64,000 nt of DNA from Octopus bimaculoides (Eukaryota): contig NC_069005.1 of assembly GCF_001194135.2 (NCBI RefSeq), positions 22,565,699 to 22,629,698 on the forward strand, read 5' to 3'. Of this stretch, positions 49,371 through 62,107 are shown in pieces. The translations under genes were made by a program, and so were the position numbers. A model generated the notes under the pieces. The model saw only the letters and a program-made list of their open reading frames with translations, was not told where the DNA came from and did not search any database. Positions within the stretch are counted from its first letter, which is position 1. Each line of letters begins with the position of its first letter.

Positions 49371-50359
49371 TTTGATGTGTACTGTTGGGTTGAAATACAG
49401 ACCAATGAATTAAGCAGAACCTTTCAGTGGAAAGGAAAAAAATCTTCTCTGGGAAAAGGTCTAGCCTGTAACCTTAAGTCTTTGTTTCACTTCATCAGTT
49501 TTTCCTGAGATAGCTGGAAAATAAGTTAACAGCTATGAGTGAAACAGAGTGACTAGTTCAATACTGTGTCCTACTTTCAACTGCAATACATAAAGCAGAA
49601 ACAATAAAAATACTGTATCCAGTTAGTAATCCATTTACTAAATTAGTATTAGCCTACTGCGGATATCTAACTCCCACAAACACTAGTACACAGCTAACAG
49701 ATTAATAGGCCAAAGAAGGTTGAGTTTTTTAAATAATTTATCAGTTATACGGTTTGATAGAAATGCACTAGTGCACATACACACACACACACACTCGTTT
49801 CTGATAGGATCAAAAATATTCTTGAACAAATTCTTTCCCCACCACCTCACACTTAAAATACCCAATGATATGTTTATTTTGAGATAAAAGAATCTGAGTG
49901 ACATACAGACAGATGAGTCACTCTATATATAGGTTAGTCTCTTACCAAATGCTGTGCAGATGTGATGACTTCCAACTACTTTCTCTAATGGACATCTAAG
50001 TATCAATAATTTCTAAAGCAGGCCACCAATTTTGCATAATATAACATTTATTTCAAACCTGCAAGGCCCCTTTTTTTTCTTTACGTTTTAAAAAGTGACG
50101 GTGTAGGTTAAAATCTCATTGAAACTACCCAATTAAATTACTGATATCTATTTTATTAACCCACTTCCACCTCACACACCAAGATAAAAATAGCAGTGTC
50201 AACTTCAAATAAAGCAACATCTATCACAATTCCCTGCTGCCTGCATCAAATTAGGTGCTTCGGGTTGTCTTTTTTTGACATACAAACATACATCTATTCA
50301 CACTGTCAATCATGCAAGTCAACTAGTCCTCATGACACAAGACACATACATACAATTAA

Positions 50360-50583
50360 GCCTTTAGCATTCAGGTTAATCTGTCAAATGTAATGTTTAT
50401 TTATCCACATTGTTTTGAATTAATAATGCATTATGTTGTAGCTTTTTGAGATTTCAGTGATGTGATTGATTATGTTTTGAATGACATTGTCAGATAGGTG
50501 TAAAAGGCTAGATGTGGCTATGTTTAAACATGGAACAGGTAGAATATTTTGGGCTAGGTATGGCTGATTAAAACACTGAAGGG
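50360..50583 (-). mobile_element. piggyBac-like MITE, family P1 (reverse)
   Basis: TTAA|gcctttagcattcag ... aacactgaaggg|TTAA. Confidence 0.88.
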
Positions 50584-51604
50584 TTAAGGGTAGCCAAAAG
50601 TTCATCAGCTCATTCCCCTTTATCACTGATATGCTATGCCTCCCCCCCAAAATGGCCATGGCTCAGCCTATTTGATATGTACATAGGTACTAGGAAGATG
50701 TAGAGTGTGTGTACTATATAAATGAGGAAACAATTGATTATCAGCTAGCAATAGTGAACTCAGACCTTCATGTGTGTATGCAGGTAACGACCAGAGGCTA
50801 TGTGAGGCCAGATGTACTTAATTTCTACTTGAAAACAGTCTTTGTAAGGCAACCTCTAGTAAGCCAGTGTCAATTACTGCTTCTACAATACCATCATGAT
50901 TTTAACATCATCAATATGGCTATCATCATCACTACCACTGCTAAAAAAAAAAAAAAAAAATCGTCAATATTGCTAAAACCACCACCATCACCAACATTGG
51001 TAACACACCACCACATAACACCTGCCACCCCCATCACCATCATAAATGCCCTCCTACCAATACCAGAACAAGCACCATAATGATTATTGCAAAGAAATGG
51101 CAGAATCAATGAGATGATTATTACCATCACCACCACCACCAACAACAACAATTCATTTGTCACTGGAATTAAGACAAGAAGAAAGAGAAAAAGTACTATC
51201 TTTAGCCTTCCCTCCACCCTTCATACAGACTCACTCAATGATTTTATTTCATCAAGTTTCAAATAAATAACTAATAAAGTGATCTGAGTAAAAGATCGAG
51301 CACTCTACATGTAATTCTTCCATAAGGACAGAAGGCCTGGCATGCACATTTCCAAGTATCATTAGCCATTCATCAGTGACCTAATTAGATTCACTTCTTA
51401 AAAAAGAAATGAAAAAAAAAAAAAAAATTCTTTAAAAAAAAAAATCAAAAAAATCCAAGATTACATTTTAGTACAGCAGATTTCAGGTTTTGCCAAACCC
51501 GACTCTGACAAACAAGCTACACTGAAGCTATCTATAAATCTCACATAGATAGCAACAGTGGAGTGTTTCTAAGGAATGTTTCATTTCTCTGCTAACATTT
51601 TCAG

Positions 51605-51759
51605 TAATCACCAGAAACAATCAGTTCGAAAGGATCAAATAACCATCAGTTAAAGATTTCAAGATCTTCTAATGTAAGTTTTTTACCATTTTTTTTTTCT
51701 TATTTTCTTTTTTTTTTCCTACTAATTCATAAATACTTTTTCTTTCTTTTTCCCTCCAG
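51605..51759 (+). other. Candidate 69-nt non-coding exon followed by an 86-nt GT-AG intron
   Basis: gctaacattttcag|exon 51605-51673|GTAAGT ... tactaat ... tttttctttctttttccctccAG (51759). The exon has stops in all three frames. Confidence 0.5.
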
Positions 51760-51992
51760 GATACAGTTGAATGAATCAGATTCTTAAGAAGCACTCAACC
51801 ACATGAAGAAGGAGAGTGTCAATTTATAATCTAAATTATTCCTATTGTAGGGGGGGAATAATACTATAATTATTTTGTTAACATATATTTTAGGCACAAA
51901 TAAATTACTCAAAATCTAGGATAATTGGAATTCGTGTTTGTTTCAATGATTTTAGTCAAGAAATAGAATTACCAATTTAGTGAGCAAGCAAG

Positions 51993-52106
<114 letters not shown>

Positions 52107-52492
52107 TAGGGGAAAAAAAAAGAGAGGAAGACAGAGTAAAACTATTTTTTGATGGCAAAAATCTTATGAATTCACTACTAAAATTACAAGATATATGGTT
52201 TTGATACAGAATAGTATGAAAAAGTCATTTGTGTAACTTGAATTACATATCGATGGCATGCTGTGTGACTTTGGTACTGATTACACAACTGACAATTATC
52301 TCTTCAACTTCTCTAATTAGACGCTCACTCCGTAGTAGTGTAATCAGATAATGTGGTCACCAGTTAAGAGATAGATACATGTTAGTTATGGCCGATTGCT
52401 CTTTTATGACCAAAATAGGTGTTAAAGAAAAAAATCTTTCTGAAACGTTTACTTTTCAAATACAACTGTTTCAAAATGACGGAATAATGCTT

Positions 52493-52875
52493 TTTGTTGG
52501 CACTCCATCGCTTACGACGTCGAGGGTTCCAGTTGATCTGATCAACGGAACAGCCTGCTCGTGAAATTAACGTGCAAATGGCCGAGCACTCCACAGACAC
52601 GTGTACCCTTAACGTAGTTCTCGGGGATATTCAGCATGACACAGTGTGACAAGGCTGACCCTTTGAATTACAGGCACAACAGAAACAGGAAGTAAGAGTG
52701 AGAGAAAGTTGTGATGAAAGAGTACAGCAGTGTTCGCCACCATCCCCTGCCGGATGCCTCGCGGAGCTTTAGGTGTTTTTGCTCAATAAACACTCACAAC
52801 GCCCAGTCTGGGAATCGAAACCGCGATCCTATGACTGCAAGTCCGCTGCCCTAATCACTGGACCATTGCACCTCC
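52493..52875 (-). mobile_element. Young SINE-C variant with 14-bp TSD
   Basis: TSD acggaataatgctt at 52479-52492 and 52876-52889; tRNA-like head with A-box tggtccagtg and B-box ggtttcgattcc; CpG-rich. Confidence 0.92.
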
Positions 52876-52891
52876 ACGGAATAATGCTTAA

Positions 52892-52990
52892 CCCTTTAGC
52901 ATTTAAACTGGCCATATCTAGTCAAACTATTCTGTTTTAGCTTCAAACAGGTCAGATGCAGTCTCTCACACCTACCCTATTATGTCATGG
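52892..52990 (+). mobile_element. piggyBac-like MITE P1, 5' half
   Basis: TTAA|ccctttagcatttaaactggcc..., truncated. Confidence 0.8.
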
Positions 52991-53221
52991 TTAAACACTC
53001 TGGCAAGGGTCACAGGCACTGCTTTTCTTCCTCTAAATCACAGAAAAAAACAAAACTGTCAAAATCAGAATACAGAGACAGGCAACAGCTCAACCATTTA
53101 TGGAAATTACTTTTGAATACCAAGAAATAAAGAAATGTATTTATGCAACAGGAAAACACTTAGACAATTTATAAAATGGACATGACTGCCTGAAGAAAGG
53201 GAAAAAGTTACTTAACTTAAA

Positions 53222-53256
<35 letters not shown>

Positions 53257-53724
53257 TGTGTGGGGGGGGGAGATGGGGAGAGAGAGAGAAATTTCCATCA
53301 TTTTTGACAATGAGTATTCAGTTGTTCAGTAGGTCCACTAAACTAAGCACTTATTGTATTAAGTGGCTGAGTATTTCAGAGGCGTGTACTTTAATCTAAT
53401 TCTCAGAATATGGCACTCTTTGGCAAGGCCGGGCCCCTGGGTTACAGGTTCAGTCTATACAAGGGACTTCCAAAAAGTTTCTCTCTACCCAGTTTTTCTT
53501 ACAAGGCTTCTGTCCACCCAAGAGCATGGTGCATGACACTTACCCAAGATGCCACCATGTAGGGTCAAACCAAACCTTGTGATTGGAAAGTTTGGGTAAC
53601 AGCTAAGGGTTGATAACAAGAAGAGCAGCCAGCGATAAAATCCTGCCACAAATAAGTCCTCATCCAGTTCATGTCAGCATAAAAAAAAAAAAAAGGATTT
53701 TAAATGAATGAACAGGCAATATAT

Positions 53725-53880
53725 CACCATCATCATCAAAGTCCTTTTTTCAAGATGGTATGGGTTGCTTGGTTTGACAGGAGCTGGTAAGGCCAGGGGC
53801 CACACCAGGTTCCATTGTCTGTTCTGGCATGGTTCATATGGCTGGATGCCCTTCCTGATGCCAACCACTCCACAGGGTGT
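53725..53880 (-). mobile_element. RTE 3' UTR
   Basis: catcatcatc...tatggctggatgcccttcctgatgccaaccactccac. Confidence 0.8.
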
Positions 53881-54034
53881 ACTTTTCTCCAATGGCATAA
53901 ACTTATTTTAATTCATTCTCAGGAAGACATGGGACAGAGTGTTGAAGGCCAATCTCTAGACAGTGAACCTTATGAAGGAGATAATTAAGGAGCAAGATAT
54001 CTGGTACCTTGCTAAACACAAGAAGACCTGTCTG

Positions 54035-54248
54035 CCACAGCAGAATTGATACCAGAGCTGGTGCCACATAAAAAGTACTGTTGCTAGTGCCATGTTAAAA
54101 AGCATCCAGTACACTCTATGGAGTGGTTGGCATTAGGAAGGTTATCCAGCCATAGAAACCATACCAAAGCAAACAATTACCAGTTCTAATCAAACCATCC
54201 AAACCATGTCAGCATGGAAAACAGATGTTTAATGATGATGATGATGAT
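54035..54248 (+). mobile_element. RTE 3' UTR
   Basis: gctggtgccacataaaaagtac...ggaaggttatccagccatagaa...ttaatgatgatgatg. Confidence 0.8.
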
Positions 54249-54265
54249 AATACACACACACACAT

Positions 54266-54363
<98 letters not shown>

Positions 54364-54463
54364 ATAATGGTTGACTAATACCCTCAAAAGTGGTGTCTCA
54401 GGATGGCGTAAATTATAGATGGCTCTAGTCATCGGACAGTAAAAGGTTGTGAAATGGAATTAG

Positions 54464-54496
<33 letters not shown>

Positions 54497-55061
54497 ACAA
54501 ACAGACATACAAAGTACTTTTTTGGTGATGTTTTAAGACTTAGAACCTAAAGGGAATTTCCTCTTTAGCCCATTACAGATACAATAAATATAGTAATAAT
54601 CTACAGGAAATAGTCAATTTATCTCTTGCACACGCACACACTCTCTTAGTCTTTCTACCTACTTTTCTTCTATCATCCTCCTCTTCCTTTCCATTCCCTC
54701 ACCTCTTCTTCTAGCCAAGGAATATTTTAGTCTTCCAAATAAATTGCCTACCACCACCACCAATACAAGAACTAAAGTATGTGCATGTAAGAAGGAGGTA
54801 GTTCTATTTTTAACCCACTAAAATGCTAATTTAACTAATAAAAGGTCAAATCACTACTCGGAAGGAATTTTAGTGGACTAGAATATATATTGTTGTTTTC
54901 ATTTTATTTTGTTTATTTTACTAAGGGCAAAACTCTTGTCTTCATAGCCCTGCCGTCTCCTAGATGACCCTAGAAGAGTAGGATGTCTGAGTAAAGTTCA
55001 GCAGAATTATGATCAAAGATATTCCTATAGTGGCCATCCTATCTGTTTTTCAGATGTAGAA

Positions 55062-55475
55062 TATACATGTTTGCTTCCCAACTACATGGTTTCCAATTCA
55101 TTCCCATGGCATGGCACCATGGGCAAGTGTCTTCTACCAGAGTCCCAGGTTGACCAAAGCCTTGTGATTGGAGTTGAGAAACAGAAACTGAAAGAAGCTT
55201 GCTGTGTGCGTGAGTGTGTGTTTAGGCATGCATGTATGTATATATGTGTATTTGAGTGTACGTTTGTGTCTCCTTTTCTTGATACTGCATGACGGTTAGA
55301 AACACCTATCTGTCATACATACAAGCAGTATCATTCATTTCCAATATCTGTGTGAAATATTAGCTTGCTCGGAAACTGGTAAAGGATTGCTAACAGGAAG
55401 GGCATTCAACCATAAGGATCTTCCTTAAAAAAAACTTAATTTGACCCAGGCATGGAAAATTGGACATTACAATGA
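55062..55475 (+). mobile_element. SINE-A, long variant with RTE-like tail
   Basis: ttgcttcccaactacatgg...gggcaagtgtcttctac...ctgtcatacatacaagcag...ggaagggcattcaacc...ggacattacaatgatga; same layout as 2844-3263. Confidence 0.7.
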
Positions 55476-55901
55476 TGAGAGTAGGGTGTATGATTAGAGA
55501 GAATTGTGGGGTTGATATAACCACTAAAACAAGAGAAAATGCAGCATGACCACAGCCAAATGACAAAACAGTAAAAATGTAAAAAAAATATATATTATCT
55601 TTAGTTACTTAGTTTGTTTTACTAACACTATGCTATGGAATTGATATTTCACATACACATATAGGCATATGAATTCATTGACTTCTGTGTTGACACATTA
55701 TGTTTCACTCTTTAGGGAGATTCTGAAAATACTAGTTAAAAGTTTGACCTTTACAGAAGTGTTTTAAGAGCCTCTCTAAGGACTGAAACACACCTACACA
55801 AGTAACAACATAGAAGTCAATAAATTTACTTCACTCTATTTAAGCTGGTGTTGAGTTCTTTTATATAGTTTTTAGTCTCTTGTTCTAACAGTAACATACT
55901 A

Positions 55902-56010
<109 letters not shown>

Positions 56011-56370
56011 AGACCTGCCCACCTCAGTGAAACTAGTTTTGACTGTACATATATATATGCACAACTGGAGCATTCATCCAATTTGTTTCCTCATCAAAAT
56101 ACCCCTATCACCTCCCTAACTAGAGCTCTTCCTTGATACCACTTATTCTTCTTACAACACAAAACCATTTCACTGGTTATCCACTCTTCATCCATTAATG
56201 CTGTTCTCTCCAGCAACACTTTCATTGATCACTCGCTTCCGCCACTGACTCATCAAGTATCCTCATTCTATGTAATATTATTCATATACAGACAGTTCAT
56301 GTAAAGCAATGGTTCTTAATCTTTTATGGCTCAATACCCACTTTCATGGAATAGCAAGCATTTTATAAAT

Positions 56371-56752
56371 ATTGTTATATTTGGGGATGGTCATATTTTT
56401 GCCAATTAAACACACACACACTATATACTTGGTCTTCACTTCAGCTTTATTATTATAATTTATAATAATAAAGCTGAAATGAAGACCAAATATATAGTGC
56501 ACATGTTTAACCCTTTAGCATTCAAACTGGCCATATCTGGCCAAAATATTCAATTTGTTTATGTTGAAACTGGCCAGATTCGGCCTTTCACTTCATCCGT
56601 TTTAAAACTAAACAATCCTATCAAAGTCTTTCAACTACAAGATAATGCCTAATTAATTCAAAACAATATAAATAAACAAACATTACATTTGACAGAATTT
56701 GAATACTAAAGGGTTAATTGGTAAAAATATGACCATCCCCAAATATAACAAT
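56371..56752. repeat. Long palindrome (~88-bp arms, 1-nt spacer at 56459) with the right arm split by a MITE
   Basis: attgttatatttggggatggtcatattttt...ttattattataa-t-ttataataataa...[MITE]...aaaaatatgaccatccccaaatataacaat. Confidence 0.92.
56511..56713 (+). mobile_element. piggyBac-like MITE, family P1
   Basis: TTAA at 56507-56510 and 56714-56717; the mirror arm has a single TTAA. Confidence 0.93.
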
Positions 56753-57155
56753 ATCTGTTTCAACACATGACTTCACATCAGAAATCTTGCAAAACTAATA
56801 CATAAATGAAACATTTTATAAATGCTCCCTCGTTATGTTTTGAAGAAAATAAAACATTTTTTTAATCAAAAGTATCCAGCTCATATATTAATATAATATC
56901 CCATCCAGTCTCTTCCACTTTTTTATTTTAGATATTTGCATGGTCTACTGCCTTGTATGTTAAATATTTACTAAAGAATGTGAATACTTGTATAACAAGA
57001 CTGTAATAAACCTTGGCACAGCTCACTGGTAACACTCCTGTTCATATTTTCATCTTGAAAAAGATTTTTTTTTTTCTCTTAACATGATTAAAATGTAAGT
57101 ATTGTATCTGAGTTAAAATTTTTATTTCTAAGAAAAATCATAACTGCTTTAAACA

Positions 57156-57346
57156 TACAGAGTGTCCAGAAAATCATTACAAAAGAGGTGACAACAAAAT
57201 TTTTCTTGCATACTAATATATCATAATTAAAGTGTTTTTGAATGATATTAATAGTTTTATTGTTATTTTAATGTTATGTTATTCAGTTTCCATTGCAATT
57301 TTAATAAAATTTTCTATTTGTCAAATGACTTTGGGAACGCCCTATA
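57156..57346. mobile_element. Tc1/mariner-type MITE
   Basis: Imperfect TIRs tacagagtgtccagaaaatcatt / aatgactttgggaacgccctata with TA ends. Confidence 0.6.
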
Positions 57347-58944
57347 TCATAGTGCATCAAATCATTTAATGCCTCTTTATAAACTCAACAAATTTTTCAA
57401 GAGGGTACCACTGCCTAGCTTAAGAAGCAATGATGTAAGACAACAGTAGTATTATAAACAGACAGCATATGGTATCATAGACATCATTTCAAAGTGCAGA
57501 GTTTATTGAGGATCACTGGTTCTACTCCAATATAACTCTATTGACTTGGGGATAATTGAAAACGTATTTATTCATTAATGGAGTATTATAAGCATCAAAC
57601 CTGCAGTAAGTATCAAAATATAAAATATTTCTATAAAGAGTAACATAAAACCATCACCTCTTTAAGCTGCCTGGTATAAAACCTATTTATTTTGTTCATT
57701 TCGATTTGTTTTGTTTTTTTATCTATAAATAATTCTAAATAGATTATTTAGTTGAAAACAAGAATTAGGAGAAAATAGCTAAGTTTGAAGGAGGAAAATA
57801 AATGTGTTTCAAGAAATGAAAATTACCCAGACTGAAGGAATCAAGATGGCCAAAATTGAAGGAATCAAAATGACTGAGTTTGAACGATGAAAACAGAAGA
57901 AAATAAGTAAGTTTCAAGATAAAATAGAAATAAATATCTAAGTCTAAAGGAATAAAATGTCTTGATATAAATAAAAGAATAAGAAATTTGTTAATAGTAT
58001 CTGATATCAGGAAATGTTGATGCCACACCACAAGACTGGTTGAGATTACTTGTCTATGAATCAACTATTTGCTGCTGCTGTTGCTGCTGCTACTACTACT
58101 ACTTTTGTTACTACCACTAATACTATTACTGATATTATCAGCAGCAGGTTTCCATGGTAGAAACACTAGTTCCTCAACAATTTATGCCAACACCATAACA
58201 GCAGTCTGCCAACCATATTAGATTAAATTAGATTAGATGAACCAGAGAAATGTGAGTGAAAAGAGATAACAACATGAAGCAAACACACATGCACACAGCT
58301 GAAAGGAAGCGACAGGTAAAACTTGCACTATTACATGGTGGTGACATTTCTGATAGCAGAAGAAAAAAAAAAACCATACAACCATAACAAATAGAAACAG
58401 AAGCTAGATCTCCTTCAAATCACACACTACCATGTGTAAGCCAGGATAGTGTGACTCTGACATATCTTTAAAATGGATTGGTCCTGTTTGAACATCTTTT
58501 ATCATACATCTTCCCTGACTGGAAGTGGGCAGATGTGATCTAGGTCTAAATACTACCACCATCACAACAGCTCAGTTTATGTACCTGAGTAATCTTCATT
58601 CTCTATTGAGGAGTTGAAATCTCCAAAAGATAACACCCAGTATGGTCTAGTGTTCAACACAATAGCAGGCTAAGCCTACCTCGCATTGAGCAACTATAGA
58701 GATGGGTGGACTACATCCATAAATCTATTAAAAATCACTATTAATGATGTACCTTATACTAATGCAAAGTGGTTAAAATTGACAACCAAAGATGGAACTT
58801 CAGAGTGAAAGGGCACTTCTTTGCTTTTTCAGACTGAAGGAAATGGAATATTTTGAAACAGAAGTTAGAAGGATGAAGGACTCTACCGATGACTTTGATG
58901 GATCAGTGGCAATCTATTTAAAAATCACCATATTTCAGTAGTCA

Positions 58945-59145
58945 GCTCCCTGTTGTTCAGATCTAGGATAGCACTAATCAAGCAGACCTATAACCAAAGG
59001 CATTCTAGCTGTGATGATCTCTTTATACATAGTATATCTAGGGTTACACTATCCAACAAGTCATTCCTTTTTGAAGATGGTATAAAGTATCATTTAACTA
59101 AGATTTGGCTGCTATTTTAAGCTGGTTAAGAAACCACATAAAGGC
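58945..59145 (-). repeat. Family G repeat
   Basis: tgttgttcagatctagg...taatcaagcagacctataaccaaaggcattc...gatttggctgctatttt. Confidence 0.7.
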
Positions 59146-59269
59146 ACTTACATTGCCTCACACTCTTCTTGAATGGCCAATCACACAAGTGTAGACTTTC
59201 TCAGTTGACTGCATTTTACATTCAAAGAGACTGAATTTTAATTGGACAAGCTTTGGGAAGACGAAATAA

Positions 59270-59950
59270 ACCACCAATCACATCAATCACAGAGGTGACA
59301 GAGCCTAATTTATTAGCAGGAACTTTGCAAAAGACATACATTTTAAAATAAATGCAGATCTAACCGGATGCAATATTACTTTATACAAAGCTGGAAACCT
59401 CGTCACTAGACAGAGATTGGCTAGTCAACTGACGGAGAAAGTGAACCAACCAATGGTGAGTGCACAGCATCTTTTCCATTGTGGGACTACCCTTTATGGA
59501 AGCGGAAGAGGATGCCAAAGAAGATCTGTTGTAGGTTAGGTAACCAAGTGTATAGAGAAAAGCTGAAGAATGTGTGTCACTGAGTCATGTCATTTTATCA
59601 AAGCGGACAGAAACGGATGGTGTTGGGACAGAGGGAACGCAGTTATAGAAGTGAAGAGGGGGTATTTACATTCTCAGGCAGTCTAGTACAAATCAATTAA
59701 CTGCTTCTTAACTGGGGGGGAGGGGAAAGGGGTAGAACAAGCAGGTGGCTGCGGAGGAGTACAGAGGATTTGCAAACAGCAATTATCATCATTATGTTTA
59801 ACTGTCGCATTGCCAAAGACAGGTTCACAGGATTCACGTGTGCCACATTCCTAGCAAAAAAATGTCAGTTAATTCCCCCACCTCCTTAGCCACACAGACA
59901 GACTCCTTGACTCGCTCGTTCTCAGTGGAGTAATGACAGAGAGTCAAAAC
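59270..59950. promoter_or_regulatory. Unique, repeat-free block; candidate cis-regulatory region or first exon
   Basis: CpGs retained; CCAAT at 59274 and 59450; ATTGG at 59416; TGAGTCA at 59581; CACGTG at 59835; ATG|GTGAGT at 59453-59461. Motif-level evidence only. Confidence 0.3.
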
Positions 59951-60620
59951 AAAAATGTAGACAATTTTTTTAATCATTTCTCTTTTACCTGTTTTCTGAA
60001 TATGTAGAAATATGAAAAGATAAAAAAAAGTAATGCAGGCGAGAGGTGCCAACTATCTCAATGAAACCGAATGACACAGCAGTAGAGAAAGATAATAAGT
60101 GGTAGCTAGACTTGCCAGAAAAAAGTGACCAAATCTGTCAAATCAAATCCTACCATTTCAAAAGAAAACACATCAAAACATTCTATGATATTGTCAGAGA
60201 TGTATAATGTCTGCAATATATATATATAAGAAACGAGAAGACACTTGCCCAAGATGCCACGCATTGGGACTGAACCTAGAACCATGTGGTTGGGAAGCAA
60301 GCTTCTTACCACATAGATAAGGCCATGCCTATAAGAAAGAAAAAAGATAGCATAGGGCACCAGCTAGAGCAAATGAAGTCTGCTAGATGAAGACTAACCT
60401 GAGACTCAACAACAAGGAACAGTACATTGTATACAACAGAGGACACTCACAACTGGATCATCTTTAATGAAGAATGACCTTGGGGTTCAACAACAACAGC
60501 CACAGATGAAATTAATTAGTACTGGAAATGTTTATCCAGGAACATTGGATAGTTTTCAACATAATATTGATTAACTCTAAGTCAGCCCTAATCAGCCAGT
60601 CCTGTGATCAAAAGCATTAA

Positions 60621-60838
60621 CCTCTTTTGATACCAACCCAAGACTGCCTGTGGATCTCTGATACAAACTTACGATTTCAAAGTGAACTAAATTAAAACAT
60701 TCCATAAACATTTCATATTAATTTATGTCCCAAGCTCCAGTTTAACAATGACAAAGTCATTTCATTAAATTCTTCGTTATTATCAACTTAATTAAAACAA
60801 AAGCAGTGTATTTTAAGAGAAATTCAGTGACAAAAGGG
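60621..60838 (+). mobile_element. TTAA-type MITE, family P3
   Basis: TTAA|cctcttttgatacc ... gtgacaaaaggg|TTAA. Confidence 0.8.
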
Positions 60839-61046
60839 TTAAATCATGACCACCCCCACTTTTTTCCCCTTGAACTCTGTACCTCAGACATATTATCCAA
60901 AAGGTCCTTTTCCCATTAATTTAGGGTATGGCTTGACGTTGATTTGTCTGCTGTGACTAGCAAATCTAATAACCACATAAAAATTCATGGTTTTCAGCAT
61001 AGCTTTAAAGAATGATGGTAATTTCTAGCAAAACAGTTGATTTTTG

Positions 61047-61265
61047 AAGAATGGGTGCTGAAAAGTTCCCGGCTTAATGAGTATCGTTAAAGGCCTGATT
61101 GGAGGTCCAATCTTTCAAGTTCTTTTATAGGGCTTAGAAAAACTGAAGGGCCACAGCAATATGTCTGTGGATCTGAGAGGGGAATATGTTGAATAAAATC
61201 ATAATTAACTGATCTTCCTGTATTTTCTTTTACCCAAACCCAGGAACTTTTCAGCACTCACTTAT
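61047..61265 (+). mobile_element. Mariner deletion derivative (MITE) keeping the transposase C-terminus
   Basis: TIRs gggtgctgaaaagttcccggctt / aaacccaggaacttttcagcactc; remnant GLEKLKGHSNMSVDLRGEYVE*. Confidence 0.8.
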
Positions 61266-61740
61266 ACATAAAAATTAACTGACAAAAAGTAAATAGCAAA
61301 AGCTAATTTGTTTCTTTACTGTCATCTATTTTTATTTTTTTATTTTTTTTTTTTGCTGCCTATATAGTTTTTATTGACTAAAGGTTGTAACCATGCCATT
61401 ATTTGGTTCTATAGAAATGGAACACATTCGGTTTGTTTTTCTTTCTTATAAAGCACTCTGGAAGAGTGACTAAAAATCCAAAGAGAGAGAGACAGAGAGA
61501 GATGTCAATGCAAGCGTACCCTATAAAAAGGTGGCTAACTTGTTTGACAAGCAAGCAAAACAGGTTCAACTCCATGTTATGAGCTAAATATTTTTTTGTT
61601 TGCTTGTATACATGCTTTACCTGGAGGGGAGGAAGGATTTTTCCTTTTTTCTTTTCTTTCTCACAATTTGGCAATCCGCCCATATTTATCGTCTAAAACA
61701 GCAATAACAGTAATGATATTAACAGTAATAATGTTAATAA

Positions 61741-62107
61741 TAACAGGAGCACTCAGAGAGCGCAAACCTCTGCCAAGGCAACACCAACATCCTCTCAACG
61801 ATTAGCTGGAGATGATTTTTAAAATGAGAATTTCTGAAATAAACTCAACTGCTCTCACAAATGAGAATACTAAAAATGAACCTGACCACTCTCAAAAATT
61901 AAGCAAAAAAAAAGGAAAAATAATCCAGAATCCTTGTCCAGTACCGGATTCATCCCAAAATCTAATCAGTCCATGCCAGTCATGAGGCCAAACATCCCTG
62001 AAAGTTTCATCCAAATCCATCCAGCAGTTCCTGAGATATCTTGTCCACGGACAAACAAATAAATGCGATTGAAAACAATACCTCCACCTTCACTAAGGCG
62101 GAGGTAA
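61741..62107 (+). mobile_element. Non-autonomous Helentron-type element (HINE/DINE-1-like)
   Basis: 5' subterminal acctctgcc (61766-61774); internal (acaa) short repeat; 3' hairpin acctccacctt-cact-aaggcggaggt (62080-62105) containing the inverse of the subterminal repeat; AT-rich flanks with no TSD. Confidence 0.65.

Noticed and set aside
50709-51217. 123-aa and 107-aa overlapping ORFs
   Set aside because: Driven by (CAC/CAT)n and poly-A tracts; no recognisable domain.
52800-52875. tRNA gene (also SINE heads at 19960, 41461, 63860)
   Set aside because: A- and B-boxes are present but there is no complete cloverleaf or acceptor stem, and each continues into a SINE body.
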